Assembly: GCF_000315625.1 (NCBI RefSeq)
Contig: NW_005434631.1
Coordinates: 379,891 to 443,890 of the forward strand
Source: Guillardia theta CCMP2712
Lineage: Eukaryota; Protista; Cryptophyta
Reading direction: 5' to 3'
DNA: 64,000 bases
Part shown: piece after piece, positions 37,093-48,499 of the stretch
Position numbering within the stretch: position 1 is the stretch's first letter
Layout: each line of letters begins with the position of its first letter
Notes under the pieces: generated by a model
The model's database searches: none
What the model was told of the DNA's origin: nothing
The model's input: the letters and a program-made list of their open reading frames with translations, nothing else
Made by a program: the position numbers and the translations under genes

Positions 37093-39730
37093 GCTCTTGT
37101 CTGGTGCGAGGCGATAATGGATTTACTGGCAGAAGATAAAAAGTGCCTCAAGCAAAACAAAGCAGGAACAAGCTAAACCTCCTGGCACACAGCGCACAGC
37201 GAGAAGCTGCACAATCACACACAAAACACAAGCCCGAAAAGAACCAGCACTGCTGGCACCCAGACGCAGCCGAAGGGTCAAGCAATCAAGCAACAGCTCA
37301 TAGCAACAAGCAGCAGGAGCATGCAGGAGGAATAAAATCCCTTAGACGCGATACCCTCTGGTCTACGGATTTACTGGCAGAAGGTAAAAAGTGCCTCAAG
37401 CAAAACAAAGCAGGAACAAGCTAAACCTCCTGGCACACAGCGCACAGCGAGAAGCTGCACAATCACACACAAAACACAAGCCCGAAAAGAACCAGCACTG
37501 CTGGCAACCAGACGCGTGTGGTTCTGTACGGTACGGTACGTGCGCTTCCCCTCCTGCATGCTCCTGCTGCTTGTTGCTTGATTGCTTGACCCTTCGGCTG
37601 CTTGTCTGCGCGGCTTCGCGCTTGGGCTGGCGTTGCCAGCAGTGCTGGTTCTTTTCGGGCTTGTGTTTTGTGTGTGTTTGTGCAGCTTCTCGCTGTGCGC
37701 TGTGTGCAAGCAGGTTGGAGGTTTAGCTTGTTCCTGCTTTGTTTTGCTTGAGGCACTTTTTACCTTCTGCCAGTAAATCTTCCTTCCTTCCTCTGGCTCG
37801 AGAAGTGCTTGCGCGCGCAAGGGCGTCATGCGCCTCGCACCAGATAGGAGCGCCTCCAGCGTCAGCTGCATGGTGAGGCTGGCGATGCCGGGTCTGCTGA
37901 CGGTTGCCAGCAGTGCTATGTACGGATTTACTGGCAGAAGGTAAAAAGTGCCTCAAGCAAAACAAAGCAGGCCAGCACTGCTGGCACCCAGACGCGGCAC
38001 CAAGCAATCAAGCAACAAGCAGCAGGAGCATGCAGGAGGAAGAAAATCCCTTAGACGCGATACCCGGAGGCAGCCGTGGCTCAGGTCCCGCTCAGGAAAA
38101 TGAGCGAAGATGGTAGACTGCAAGCCAATCGTTGGTGTCGATAACCATGAAAGGATCCAATGCAGGTTTAGCTTGTTCCTGCTTTGTTTTGCTTGAGGCA
38201 CTTTTTACCTTCTGCCAGTAAATCTTTACTGAGCAATGTAGGGTGGAGCTGGGCGCATGCTGACGGTACCGCTCCAAGTAATGCAAACAGTCCTCCTCAC
38301 CTTTACTCGCTTTTTACCTTCTGCCAGTAAATCTCTTGCCCTCCGCATCTCAGTAAAGATTTACTGGCAGAAGGTAAAAAGTGCCTCAAGCAAGCAAAAC
38401 AAAGCAGGAACAAGCTAAACCTGCTTGCACACAGCGCAACCGTCAGCAGACCCGGCATCGCCAGCCCAAGCGCGAAGCCGCGCAGACAAGCAGCAGGAGC
38501 ATGCAGGAGGAATAAAATCCCTTAGACGCAATACCCGGAGGCAGCCGACTGACCACTGTCAGTCGAGACCGTCCGCTGCCTCCACAACTTGAAGCTGGCG
38601 GTCACGGACGGAGAAAGGGCAGCCGCCGACAAGGAGCCTGAGCCGGCGTTGCCCGGGGGTCGGAGCCGGCGTTGCCCGGGGGTCCGCCTGGGGCAGCGGA
38701 CGGAGGGAGGCTGGACACAGGAGCACGGTACCGCTCGAGGTAGTCCTCCTCGCTAGCCTCCGAGTCAGCGGTAGCGCCGTGGCAGAAGAGTACGCTGAAG
38801 CTGACTGATCCTTGTGAAAGAGGCGAAGGTCAGCAGAGTCTTGCTGCTTTCTTCTGCTTGAGGCAAAGGTGAAAAGCGGCAACAGCTGAGGACATTTAGG
38901 AGGAGCTGGAGAGCCTGATAGGAGGCGAACAACCGCCGGGAGAGCCTTGCTCGGAGAGCCTTGCTTTTGTCACAGTGTGTGTTTGTGCAGCTTCTCGCTG
39001 TGCGCTGTGTGCAAGCAGTTTTCGCTTGTTCCTGCTTTGTTTTGCTTGAGGCACTTTTTACCTTCTGCCAGTAAATCTTCGAATCTCGGAGGCTCGCAAC
39101 TGACGTCGGACCGTGCGGGCAAAACCGTACCGTACGGCGATGATGCTCCCCGGTCAAACTTTGAATAGCCCTGCCTGCGAACGAGTCGCCCTTCCCTCGA
39201 TGGAGTGGCATCACATGATGCCTCGTAGGAGCGCGGACGCGGTTTGTGACCGTCGGGGCCTTGGTCATCGGTGCCCGGCCCCGGCCGTCGGATTGAACTT
39301 AGGAGTGCCGCTGCTGTACGGTACGGTAGCGCTTGATCGCCGGGACGCTTCAGTAAGAAGATTAGCAAGAGTGTCAGCATGACGGTCTTGCTTGTTCCTG
39401 CTTTCTTCTGCTTGAGCACTGAAGTTTTACCTTATTAGTGCAAGGAACTTGAACCCGTTCACAGACTCAGAGGCCCTCGGAGGATCGGGCCCGGCCCTCT
39501 CAGTTAACGCCGGTTCGCTCGGATCCGACTCTGACGGTCTAGAATGTGCCGGTGCCGGCCTGGGCCTTGTTCTCCACCAGGAGGGGTACACCGTCCATAA
39601 TTACCTTATGTACCGGTATTTTTTAGTAGTGAGATTGGGGGTAGAGGGAGGACAGAGGAGTCAACGGGTAGGTGGGGGTGATATGTAGTTGTCCCTTCGC
39701 ACTGGCTCAACATGCGGTAGGTAGTCGACA

Positions 39731-39843
39731 AGAGGAAGAGGAAGAGGAAGAGGAAGAGGAAGAGGAAGAGGAAGAGGAAGAGGAAGAGGAAGAGGAAGAG
39801 GAAGAGGAAGAGGAAGAGGAAGAGGAAGAGGAAGAGGAAGAAG
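39731..39843. repeat. (GAGGAA)n microsatellite
   Basis: About 18 perfect hexamers. Confidence 0.95.
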
Positions 39844-39952
39844 AGCCGGGAAGATTGAAGAGACAAAGTGAAGGACCAGAGGAGCTGGCAAGAGAAACGG
39901 AGGTCAAGGAGAAATCATCTGATCAATACTGGAATTTCCTGCTAGAGCTACT

Positions 39953-40546
39953 ATGATGGTCCACACTCTACGAATGGTTGCAGGACTTGCCTGCATGGCG
40001 TCGTGTCTTTTCCTTGTTATCTTTTGTTCTCATCACAGCCACCAAGCGCGTCTACTTATGCAGAGCTTGAAGCTCTTCAAAGTGGAAGTGAAGGCCCCGC
40101 CAAGCTGCTGCGGATCGACTCCTGCTTCCTACTCCTCATCGCCCTCTTCTTCTGTGCAGATGACGGACGGAGGCACCCAGCAGATCAACATGGTAGCGCA
40201 TCCTGTGCCTTGATGCTTCCCTGACCGCCTGCAGGTTGGCTTCACGGACAAGGGCATGGGGTACATCCAATACCGGGGATGGGGGCATGGTGAGGAAGGC
40301 GATGAGGAAGGCAGGAAGAAGACTCACCGAGTCAACCTCGCGCGCCTCCGACATGAGCAACACCGGCAAGTGAGCAAGGAGCAGGTTGATAAGATCAACT
40401 CGCTCAAGCGGCGGGTGAGCAAGGACGACGGAGAGATCACGAGCCTCAAGGGAGAGCTCTGGACCCTCTCGTCCAGTATCCTCCCAAGAATCGAAGAAGA
40501 AGTTTCGGAGCTCAGAAAGCAAGTGAAACAGATCAAGAGGAAGTAA
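39953..40546 (+). CDS. Hypothetical signal-anchored coiled-coil protein, two exons
   Basis: Hydrophobic N-terminus, ~44-nt GT-AG intron at ~40192-40234, C-terminal heptad pattern. Confidence 0.55.
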
Positions 40547-40598
40547 AACTCCTGTTACATCTCTTCTGTCTCTGTCTCTGTCTCTGTCTCTGTCTCTG

Positions 40599-40632
<34 letters not shown>

Positions 40633-40679
40633 ACCCTCCTGCCTCTCCCCTATCTGTGCCGCTTAAGACTTGTCGTGTC

Positions 40680-43600
40680 TCCCTGTATACTGCTTGCGAC
40701 ATGCAGCAGCGCTCCTGCTCGAGGTGCAGCAGGAAGGCGTCCCTGATCGAACAAGTCACCTCCTGCGCGTACTAGTTCCTCCTTCCTCCTCTCCCTCACC
40801 AGTGACGGTCACTTGCAAGTGTCTTCGCGTCACCAACGACTATCATTCCTCGACGAGCACGAGTGACCTGCCGCCCAATCATCTCTCCTCTCACCGTCTC
40901 CTCTCCCCATCTGCTCTTCCCTTTCGAAGTTCTCTCCTCGTCTCTTGCTCTCCTATGCCCTTCTCGTCTCCTCTCCTTTGTATTCTTCCCCTTCGTCTAA
41001 TTCTCTCTTTCTATCATCTCCTCTTTTCCACTCTCGCTTCCTCTCCCTCCCCTCCTCTCCCCTCCTCTCCTCTTTCTGGTACTCACTGCCACGTTCAGTC
41101 GCCTCCAGTCCGCGAGGAAGCCCAAGCTGAGCTCTCGTCACAGGGCTCGCTCACTCGCCTGGTCTCACCTGCTCTCCGCGTTGCTGCGGACGGTCGACAT
41201 GAGGATGATCTCCTTCTCCCTCCCCTGCCGCCGCATCACTCCAGCTCGAGCGCGCACGACTCGCCTGAAAGCCGTCGACGGAGCTGATGTCCAGACCCTC
41301 CAGGGACGCCAGCGAGGACAAGTGAAGAGACTCACGGAGGAAGTTCACTTGAGCCGAGTAGGGGACGACAAGCCCTGCGGGGAGTCAGGAAGAGCTCGAG
41401 AGCATCCGCATGCTCGCCCAAGTCTCTCGTCTCGTGCCCGGCGGCCAGCAGATCCTGAAGGATCTGGAGAGACACGAGGGGAAGGAAGAGGGTGAGGCTG
41501 ACGACAAGGAAGCGAGGAGTATGGACTGAGAGCGTGGAGGCGGTTGAGCAAGAGGAGAGGAGGAGGAAGCGGTGGAGGAGGACGAAAAGGAAAACACCTC
41601 AAGGATGATTTGAGCTTGGGGGACGTTGAGGTAGCTGTTGCCGTCAGATGTCTGAATCTCATCTCCATTGAGCTGAGCCATCACTCATCAACTTCACAAT
41701 GGAGTACAGTTGAGGCCAGAGCATGGGGGAGAGAAGGAAGAGGAGGAGAAGAGAGAGGAGGAGAAGAGAGAGGAGGAGAAGAGAGAGGAGGAGAAGAGAG
41801 AGGAGGAGAAGAGAGAGGAGGAGAAGAGAGAGGAGGAGAAGGGAGAGGAGGAGAAGGGAGAGGAGGAGAAGGGGGAGGAGGATAAGGGAGAGGAGGAGAA
41901 GGGGGAGGAGGAGAAGAGAGAGGAGGAGAAGGGAGAGGAGGAGAAGGGAGAGGAGGAGAAGGGGGAGGAGGAGAAGGGGGAGGAGGAGAAGGGAGAGGAG
42001 GAGAAGAGAGAGGAGGAGAAGAGAGAGGAGGAGAAGAGAGAGGAGGAGAAGAGAGAGGAGGAGAAGGGGGAGGGTAGCAGGAGAGGGTCACTCAACCTCA
42101 TCTTGACGCACGTCGATGAAGACCAGCGGGTGATCCTCGCGCGGCCACGGGAACCCTCGAGGGATCGGGCGATCTTCTGCAGCATGAGGGTCAGCGAGAG
42201 GAGAGGAGGAAAAGCGACGCGCCGGGGAGGGGATGAGACTGGAGGGCGCCGTGATAGAAGCGACGAGAGCTGAAGTGAGCGAGGGCAGGATGCATTCGGA
42301 ACTGAGTCTGAAGCATCTTCAGCTCGTGCTTCCCTTGCTGAGCTCTCGTCAACAGTCGGACGCCCGTCCTCCCTTCACTTACCACCAAGCGAGTCAAGAG
42401 ACTGCGAGCCAAGCCTCCTCTCCTCGCCTTCCATCCTGTCACTAGTTCTCCTGCCCTCCCCTCCTCTACGGCACCTCCAGACTTGTCACCGTCGGCGGTA
42501 ACTGGCAGTGATCACCGATGAGAACAAGCTTCTGACGTCCAGATTGTCAGTCGGCTACGAATGGAGGAAGGGAGAGAGGAAAGTGAAAGGGAGGGAGGGA
42601 GGAAGGGAGGGATGATGTGGAAGATCATGTAGAAGAAAAGGAAAGCAGAAGAATGAAGGAGGAGAGGTCTCGTGACCTGGGCACCCTGAAGGAGGGGGAT
42701 AAGGAGAGACGGTTCAACAGCCTGCGAGGCTTCATCGACGATGATGGTGTGGAAGCGAAGCCTCTCGTGCTGCAGCATCGCTCGCAGCCCCTCATGTCCT
42801 GATCCTACCAGACTCGCCACTACCACATCCGCAGACCTGACAACTTGACCCGTCACCCCCTTCTTCTCCTCTCTTCTCCCTCCTCTTCTCATCCCCTCAC
42901 CCCCTCTCACTCCTCCTCTGCCCTAGTCACTCACCTTAAAATTCTTCCTCCCACCAAAGATCTCTCCATGGCAAGCTGACACAAGTCAGTCTTGAAGCAC
43001 AGGCGCTGCTGCCTCACCTTGGCTCTCACGGTCGCTCTCTCCTCCTCCGACAACGCCAGCACCAGCTCCTTTCTCAGCTCTCGCACTGTCGCCTCCTTCT
43101 CCATCAGAGCCTCGAGCGTCAGATGCCGCAGCTCAGCCTTCACTGCCGTCGCTCGTCCCACTACCACCACAAGTCAACACCACGATGCTGGTGCTGCTGG
43201 TGCTGCTGATTGTGTTGTACCTCTCACAGTTCGCAGCTTCAGGTCCACCAGCTTCTCCATCAGGTTGTCTGTCGCCGTGTTGGAATGAGCGCACGCCACG
43301 ATAAGCTCCCCCTCCAGCTCCTTTCGCAGCTGCTTCTCCAACACCAGCGCCTCAGCAAGGCATGACGCTGTGAGCGTCTTGCCAGTGCCTGGAGGTCCCT
43401 GGAGGATCGCGAGCGACCGAGTCATGGCCTCTCTCAGCGCCTCCTCCTGCGAGCTCACGAGCCCCCGACGCCTCGACACCAAGCGAGCGATGCGCCAAGC
43501 CTGATCGACCAAGAGTCGCTGCGAGGAGACAGAGGAGGAGGAGGAGGAGGAGGAGGAAGAACTTTCCATGGGCTGATGTTGTTCTGGGAAGGAAGAGCGA

Positions 43601-44201
43601 TGCTGATGAGACAGGAAGGAGCTGTTTGCCATGCAGAAGGAGCTGACGATCATCTCCTGGAGCGTTCTGCTCATCCTCTTCCCTCCTTCAGGTGCACTCG
43701 CTCGTGAGTTTTCCTCCGCAGCGAGGAGGAGGCTGGAAAGAGCTTCTCGCATGCGCTGGTTGGGGAGGGATGAGAAGAACTTGTCGAGGCGGAAGTGAGC
43801 GTCTCCTGCTCTCCTCGCCTTCCATACGTCTGCCCGACCCTCAAAACAAGAGACACGCATGCCGCGCTCACCTTCAGGCCATCTCGTGACAGATACGTGA
43901 AGAAAGACTCCTCCTCCTCCTCCTCCTCCTCCTCTCTCCACGATCATCCCTGCTACTGCTTCACTTGCCTTGCGCATGGGTGAGCCTTTCATTTGCAAGT
44001 CAGGAAATGGTGGTGGTGGTGGTGGTGGTGGTGGTGATGATGATGATGATGATGATTATGATGATGATTATGATGATGGTGATGATGATGATGATGATGA
44101 CGCACCTTCGCCTGATGTCACAAGGACATAGTCACCGACATTAAACTTTCGAAGATGGAGGTTGAGATCGTGCGGAGAGCGTAGCTGGAAGCCAAATTCA
44201 T

Positions 44202-44240
<39 letters not shown>

Positions 44241-44672
44241 ACCTCTAAAATCTTCTCGCCAAACATCTCGCCATGTGGGCGAGCTGTCAAGCCATGAACG
44301 CAGAGACCCTTGAAGTGCAGTTGAGAGGAGGGAAATGGAGGGAACAAGTTGAGACGAGCAATACGAGGAGAGGAGAAGGCCAGAGCGACGAGTGGAGAGC
44401 GAGAGAAAGTCAGAAAGATGGACCGACAGCAGGGAATGAAAGCCAGGCAAGAAAAAGACATGGGAGGGAGGAGATGCAGAAGCTGGGAGGCAAGGCAGAA
44501 GTTCAAGTATGTCTGTAGATGTCTCACCGCTTTCTCAAGCTCTCTTGTCGTCCAGCTTTTGAGCCTCGTAAGGATCTCTTCTTCTTGCGCTTGCTGCTCT
44601 AAATCTTCCCTTCGACAATCAGCACGCAAAGAAGGTAGACGCGGGAGGAAGTCGAAGCACAACAACAAACAC

Positions 44673-44728
<56 letters not shown>

Positions 44729-46618
44729 AGACAGCGAGGAGGAGGAGGAGGAAGGAAGAGAAGGAGGACAGACAGTGAGTGAGAATGAGAGCGGATAAAT
44801 GATTTAGCTGAGACAGAATGGAGATGATGTGAGATGAAGAGGTGAACACCGACAAGGGAATAGAAGAGATCATGAGCCGAGGCTCCTAATTTGGCTTGAG
44901 AACAACAGGAGAAGAGAAGGTGTCAAGCTTACCGAGCAGGTAAAGGAAATGAGTCACGTAGCTTCTCGTCATGTCAACGAGCTCATCCCGCTTTGGAGGT
45001 TTTCTAAGCTGTGAAACGTTGAGTGAGAGATGTACGCTCTTGTAGCAATTGAAACCTGCAACTCAGAAAACTCCACTGAGTTTACTTCTTGCTTGATATC
45101 GGACTTGTTCTTATCGTGCTGCTTGATATCAGACTTGTTCTTATCGTGCTGCTTGATATCAGACTTGTTCTTATCGTGCTGCTTGATATCGGACTTGTTC
45201 TTATCGTGCTGCTTGATATCAGACTTGTTCTTATCGTGCTGCTTGATATCAGACTTGTTCTTATCGTGCTGCTTGATACCAGACTTGTTCTTATCGTGCT
45301 GCTTGATATCGGACTTGTTCTTATCGTGCTGCTTGATATCAGACTTGTTCTTATCGTGCTGCTTGATATCAGACTTGTTCTTATCGTGCTGCTTGATATC
45401 GGACTTGTTCTTATCGTGCTGCTTGATATCAGACTTGTTCTTATCGTGCTGCTTGATATCGGACTTGTTCTTATCGTGCTGCTTGATATCAGACTTGTTC
45501 TTATCGTGCTGCTTGATATCGGACTTGTTCTTATCGTGCTGCTTGATATCAGACTTGTTCTTATCGTGCTGCTTGATATCGGACTTGTTCTTATCGTGCT
45601 GCTTGATATCGGACTTGCTCTTATCGTGCTGCTTGATATCGGACTTGTTCTTATCGTGCTGCTTGATATCGGACTTGTTCTTATCGTGCTGCTTGATATC
45701 AGACTTGTTCTATCGTGCTGCTTGATATCAGACTTGTTCTTATCGTGCTGCTTGATATCGGGACTTGTTCTTATCGTGCTGCTTGATATCAGACTTGTTC
45801 TTATCGTGCTGCTTGATATCGGACTTGTTCTTATCGTGCTGCTTGATATCAGACTTGTTCTTATCGTGCTGCTTGATATCGGACTTGTTCTTATCGTGCT
45901 GCTTGATATCAGACTTGTTCTTATCGTGCTGCTTGATATCGGACTTGTTCTTATCGTGCTGCTTGATATCAGACTTGTTCTTATCGTGCTGCTTGATATC
46001 AGACTTGTTCTTATCGTGCTGCTTGATATCAGACTTGTTCTTATCGTGCTGCTTGATATCGGACTTGTTCTTATCGTGCTGCTTGATATCAGACTTGTTC
46101 TTATCGTGCTGCTTGATATCAGACTTGTTCTTATCGTGCTGCTTGATATCAGACTTGTTCTTATCTTGCTGCTTGATATCGGACTTGTTCTTATTGTGCT
46201 GCTTGATATCGGACTTGCTCTTATCGTGCTGCTTGATATCGGACTTGTTCTTATTGTGCTGCTTGATATCAGACTTGCTTGTTGCGTCTTCTTCCCTCTC
46301 CAAGCCTTGCACTGGTGCAGCATCTACTATCTCGAGCTCGTTCCGCAGGCTGCTGCTGACTTTCGTGCTGAGGAAGAAACGTGCTGCTCGTCTGCTTCTG
46401 TCCGCCATCTCCCAGCTTAGGCGACAAGCACGATGAGGATGGAGCGGAGCCATGCGCGGGAAGACTGAGAGGGAAGGAAGACAAACAAACGGAGAGGTGG
46501 CGGGGAGGAGGCAGAGAAGAAGAAACAACTTCTTCCTCTTGTTTCTGCCCATCCCCACTAAGAATACCTGCCACAAGCTCATCACACCCTCAGTTCCCAG
46601 CTCACCTCTTGCCCTCAC
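40680..46618 (-). CDS. Superfamily 1 UPF1-like (IGHMBP2/DNA2-NAM7) helicase, multi-exon, with probable N-terminal decapeptide repeat
   Basis: ILQGPPGTGKT, CAHSNTATDNL, IIVDEASQAVEPSLLIPL, LIGDHCQLPP, LQTQFRMHP, VVPYSAQV, SSVDGFQ. The 5' boundary is uncertain. Confidence 0.85.
41740..42070. repeat. 15-bp purine-rich intronic repeat (GAGGAGGAGAAG[A/G]G[A/G]), ~22 copies
   Basis: Directly visible within a helicase intron. Confidence 0.9.
45090..46277. repeat. 30-bp minisatellite, ~39 copies, encoding KSDIKQHDKN on the minus strand
   Basis: Unit GCTTGATATC[A/G]GACTTGTTCTTATCGTGCT. Confidence 0.97.
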
Positions 46619-46814
46619 CCCTCACACCGTCACACTGACCTCCTCCTCCTCTACACCATCCTAATTCACTTTTGTCGGGAGCAACAAGGTGATGATACAT
46701 CAGATGGAGCATGAGCACAAGCTCAAGCATATGAAGCAGACAAGACGATCTCATGAGACCTCATGGCGAATACGATGAGCATCTTTTTGTTAATGTTTTT
46801 GCGGGAGATGGAGG

Positions 46815-48499
46815 ACTAGCAGCTCTTGTCGTCTACTAGCAGCTCTTGTCGTCTACTAGCAGCTCTTGTCGTCTACTAGCAGCTCTTGTCGTCTACTAGC
46901 AGCTCTCATCGTCTACTAGCAGCTCTTGTCGTCTACTAGCAGCTCTTGTCGTCTACTAGCAGCTCTTATCGTCTACTAGCAGCTCTTGTCGTCTACTAGC
47001 AGCTCTCGTCGTCTACTAGCAGCTCTCATCGTCTACTAGCAGCTCTCATCGTCTACTAGCAGCTCTTGTCGTCTACTAGCAGCTCTTGTCGTCTACTAGC
47101 AGCTCTTATCGTCTACTAGCAGCTCTTGTCGTCTACTAGCAGCTCTTGTCGTCTACTAGCAGCTCTCATCGTCTACTAGCAGCTCTTATCGTCTACTAGC
47201 AGCTCTCGTCGTCTACTAGCAGCTCTTATCGTCTACTAGCAGCTCTCGTCGTCTACTAGCAGCTCTCATCGTCTACTAGCAGCTCTCATCGTCTACTAGC
47301 AGCTCTCGGTCGTCTACTAGCAGCTCTCATCGTCTACTAGCAGCTCTTATCGTCTACTAGCAGCTCTCATCGTCTACTAGCAGCTCTCATCGTCTACTAG
47401 CAGCTCTTATCGTCTACTAGCAGCTCTCATCGTCTACTAGCAGCTCTTGTCGTCTACTAGCAGCTCTCATCGTCTACTAGCAGCTCTCATCGTCTACTAG
47501 CAGCTCTTATCGTCTACTAGCAGCTCTCATCGTCTACTAGCAGCTCTCATCGTCTACTAGCAGCTCTTATCGTCTACTAGCAGCTCTCATCGTCTACTAG
47601 CAGCTCTCATCGTCTACCAGCAGCTCTTATCGTCTACTAGCAGCTCTTGTCGTCTACCAGCAGCTCTCATCGTCTACTAGCAGCTCTTATCGTCTACTAG
47701 CAGCTCTTGTCGTCTACCAGCAGCTCTCATCGTCTACTAGCAGCTCTCATCGTCTACTAGCAGCTCTTATCGTCTACTAGCAGCTCTCATCGTCTACTAG
47801 CAGCTCTTATCGTCTACTAGCAGCTCTTATCGTCTACTAGCAGCTCTTGTCGTCTACTAGCAGCTCTCATCGTCTACTAGCAGCTCTTATCGTCTACTAG
47901 CAGCTCTCGTCGTCTACTAGCAGCTCTTATCGTCTACTAGCAGCTCTCGTCGTCTACTAGCAGCTCTCATCGTCTACTAGCAGCTCTCATCGTCTACTAG
48001 CAGCTCTCGTCGTCTACTAGCAGCTCTCATCGTCTACTAGCAGCTCTTATCGTCTACTAGCAGCTCTCATCGTCTACTAGCAGCTCTCATCGTCTACTAG
48101 CAGCTCTTATCGTCTACTAGCAGCTCTCATCGTCTACTAGCAGCTCTTGTCGTCTACTAGCAGCTCTCATCGTCTACTAGCAGCTCTCATCGTCTACTAG
48201 CAGCTCTTATCGTCTACTAGCAGCTCTCATCGTCTACTAGCAGCTCTCATCGTCTACTAGCAGCTCTTATCGTCTACTAGCAGCTCTCATCGTCTACTAG
48301 CAGCTCTGATCGTCTACCAGCAGCTCTTATCGTCTACTAGCAGCTCTTGTCGTCTACCAGCAGCTCTCATCGTCTACTAGCAGCTCTTATCGTCTACTAG
48401 CAGCTCTTATCGTCTACTAGCAGCTCTTGTCGTCTACCAGCAGCTCTCATCGTCTACTAGCAGCTCTCATCGTCTACTAGCAGCTCTTATCGTCTACTA
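46815..48499. repeat. 20-bp minisatellite, ~84 copies (ACTAGCAGCTCT[T/C][G/A]TCGTCT)
   Basis: Tandem array with four main unit variants; no ORFs. Confidence 0.97.

Larger units (their letters stand above)
28400..39430. mobile_element. Nested cluster of one non-LTR retrotransposon family (RT + CCHC + restriction-like endonuclease, CRE/R2-group architecture)
   Basis: Multiple overlapping copies of the same ORF segments and ~20 copies of a common 3' terminus in both orientations, several with TSDs. No host genes inside. Confidence 0.9.

Noticed and set aside
28900-39100. CRISPR-like repeat-spacer array of the ~35-nt motif
   Set aside because: Spacing is irregular, both orientations occur, 5' lengths vary, TSDs are present, the 'spacers' are continuous LINE sequence and there are no cas genes. 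It fits retrotransposon 3' ends.
45030-46436. Plus-strand ORFs (CCLISDLFLS)n and (LLDIRLVLIV)n, and minus-strand (ISSSTIRTSL)n
   Set aside because: By-products of a stop-free 30-bp unit. The KSDIKQHDKN frame is the one that plausibly connects to splice sites and the downstream helicase exons.
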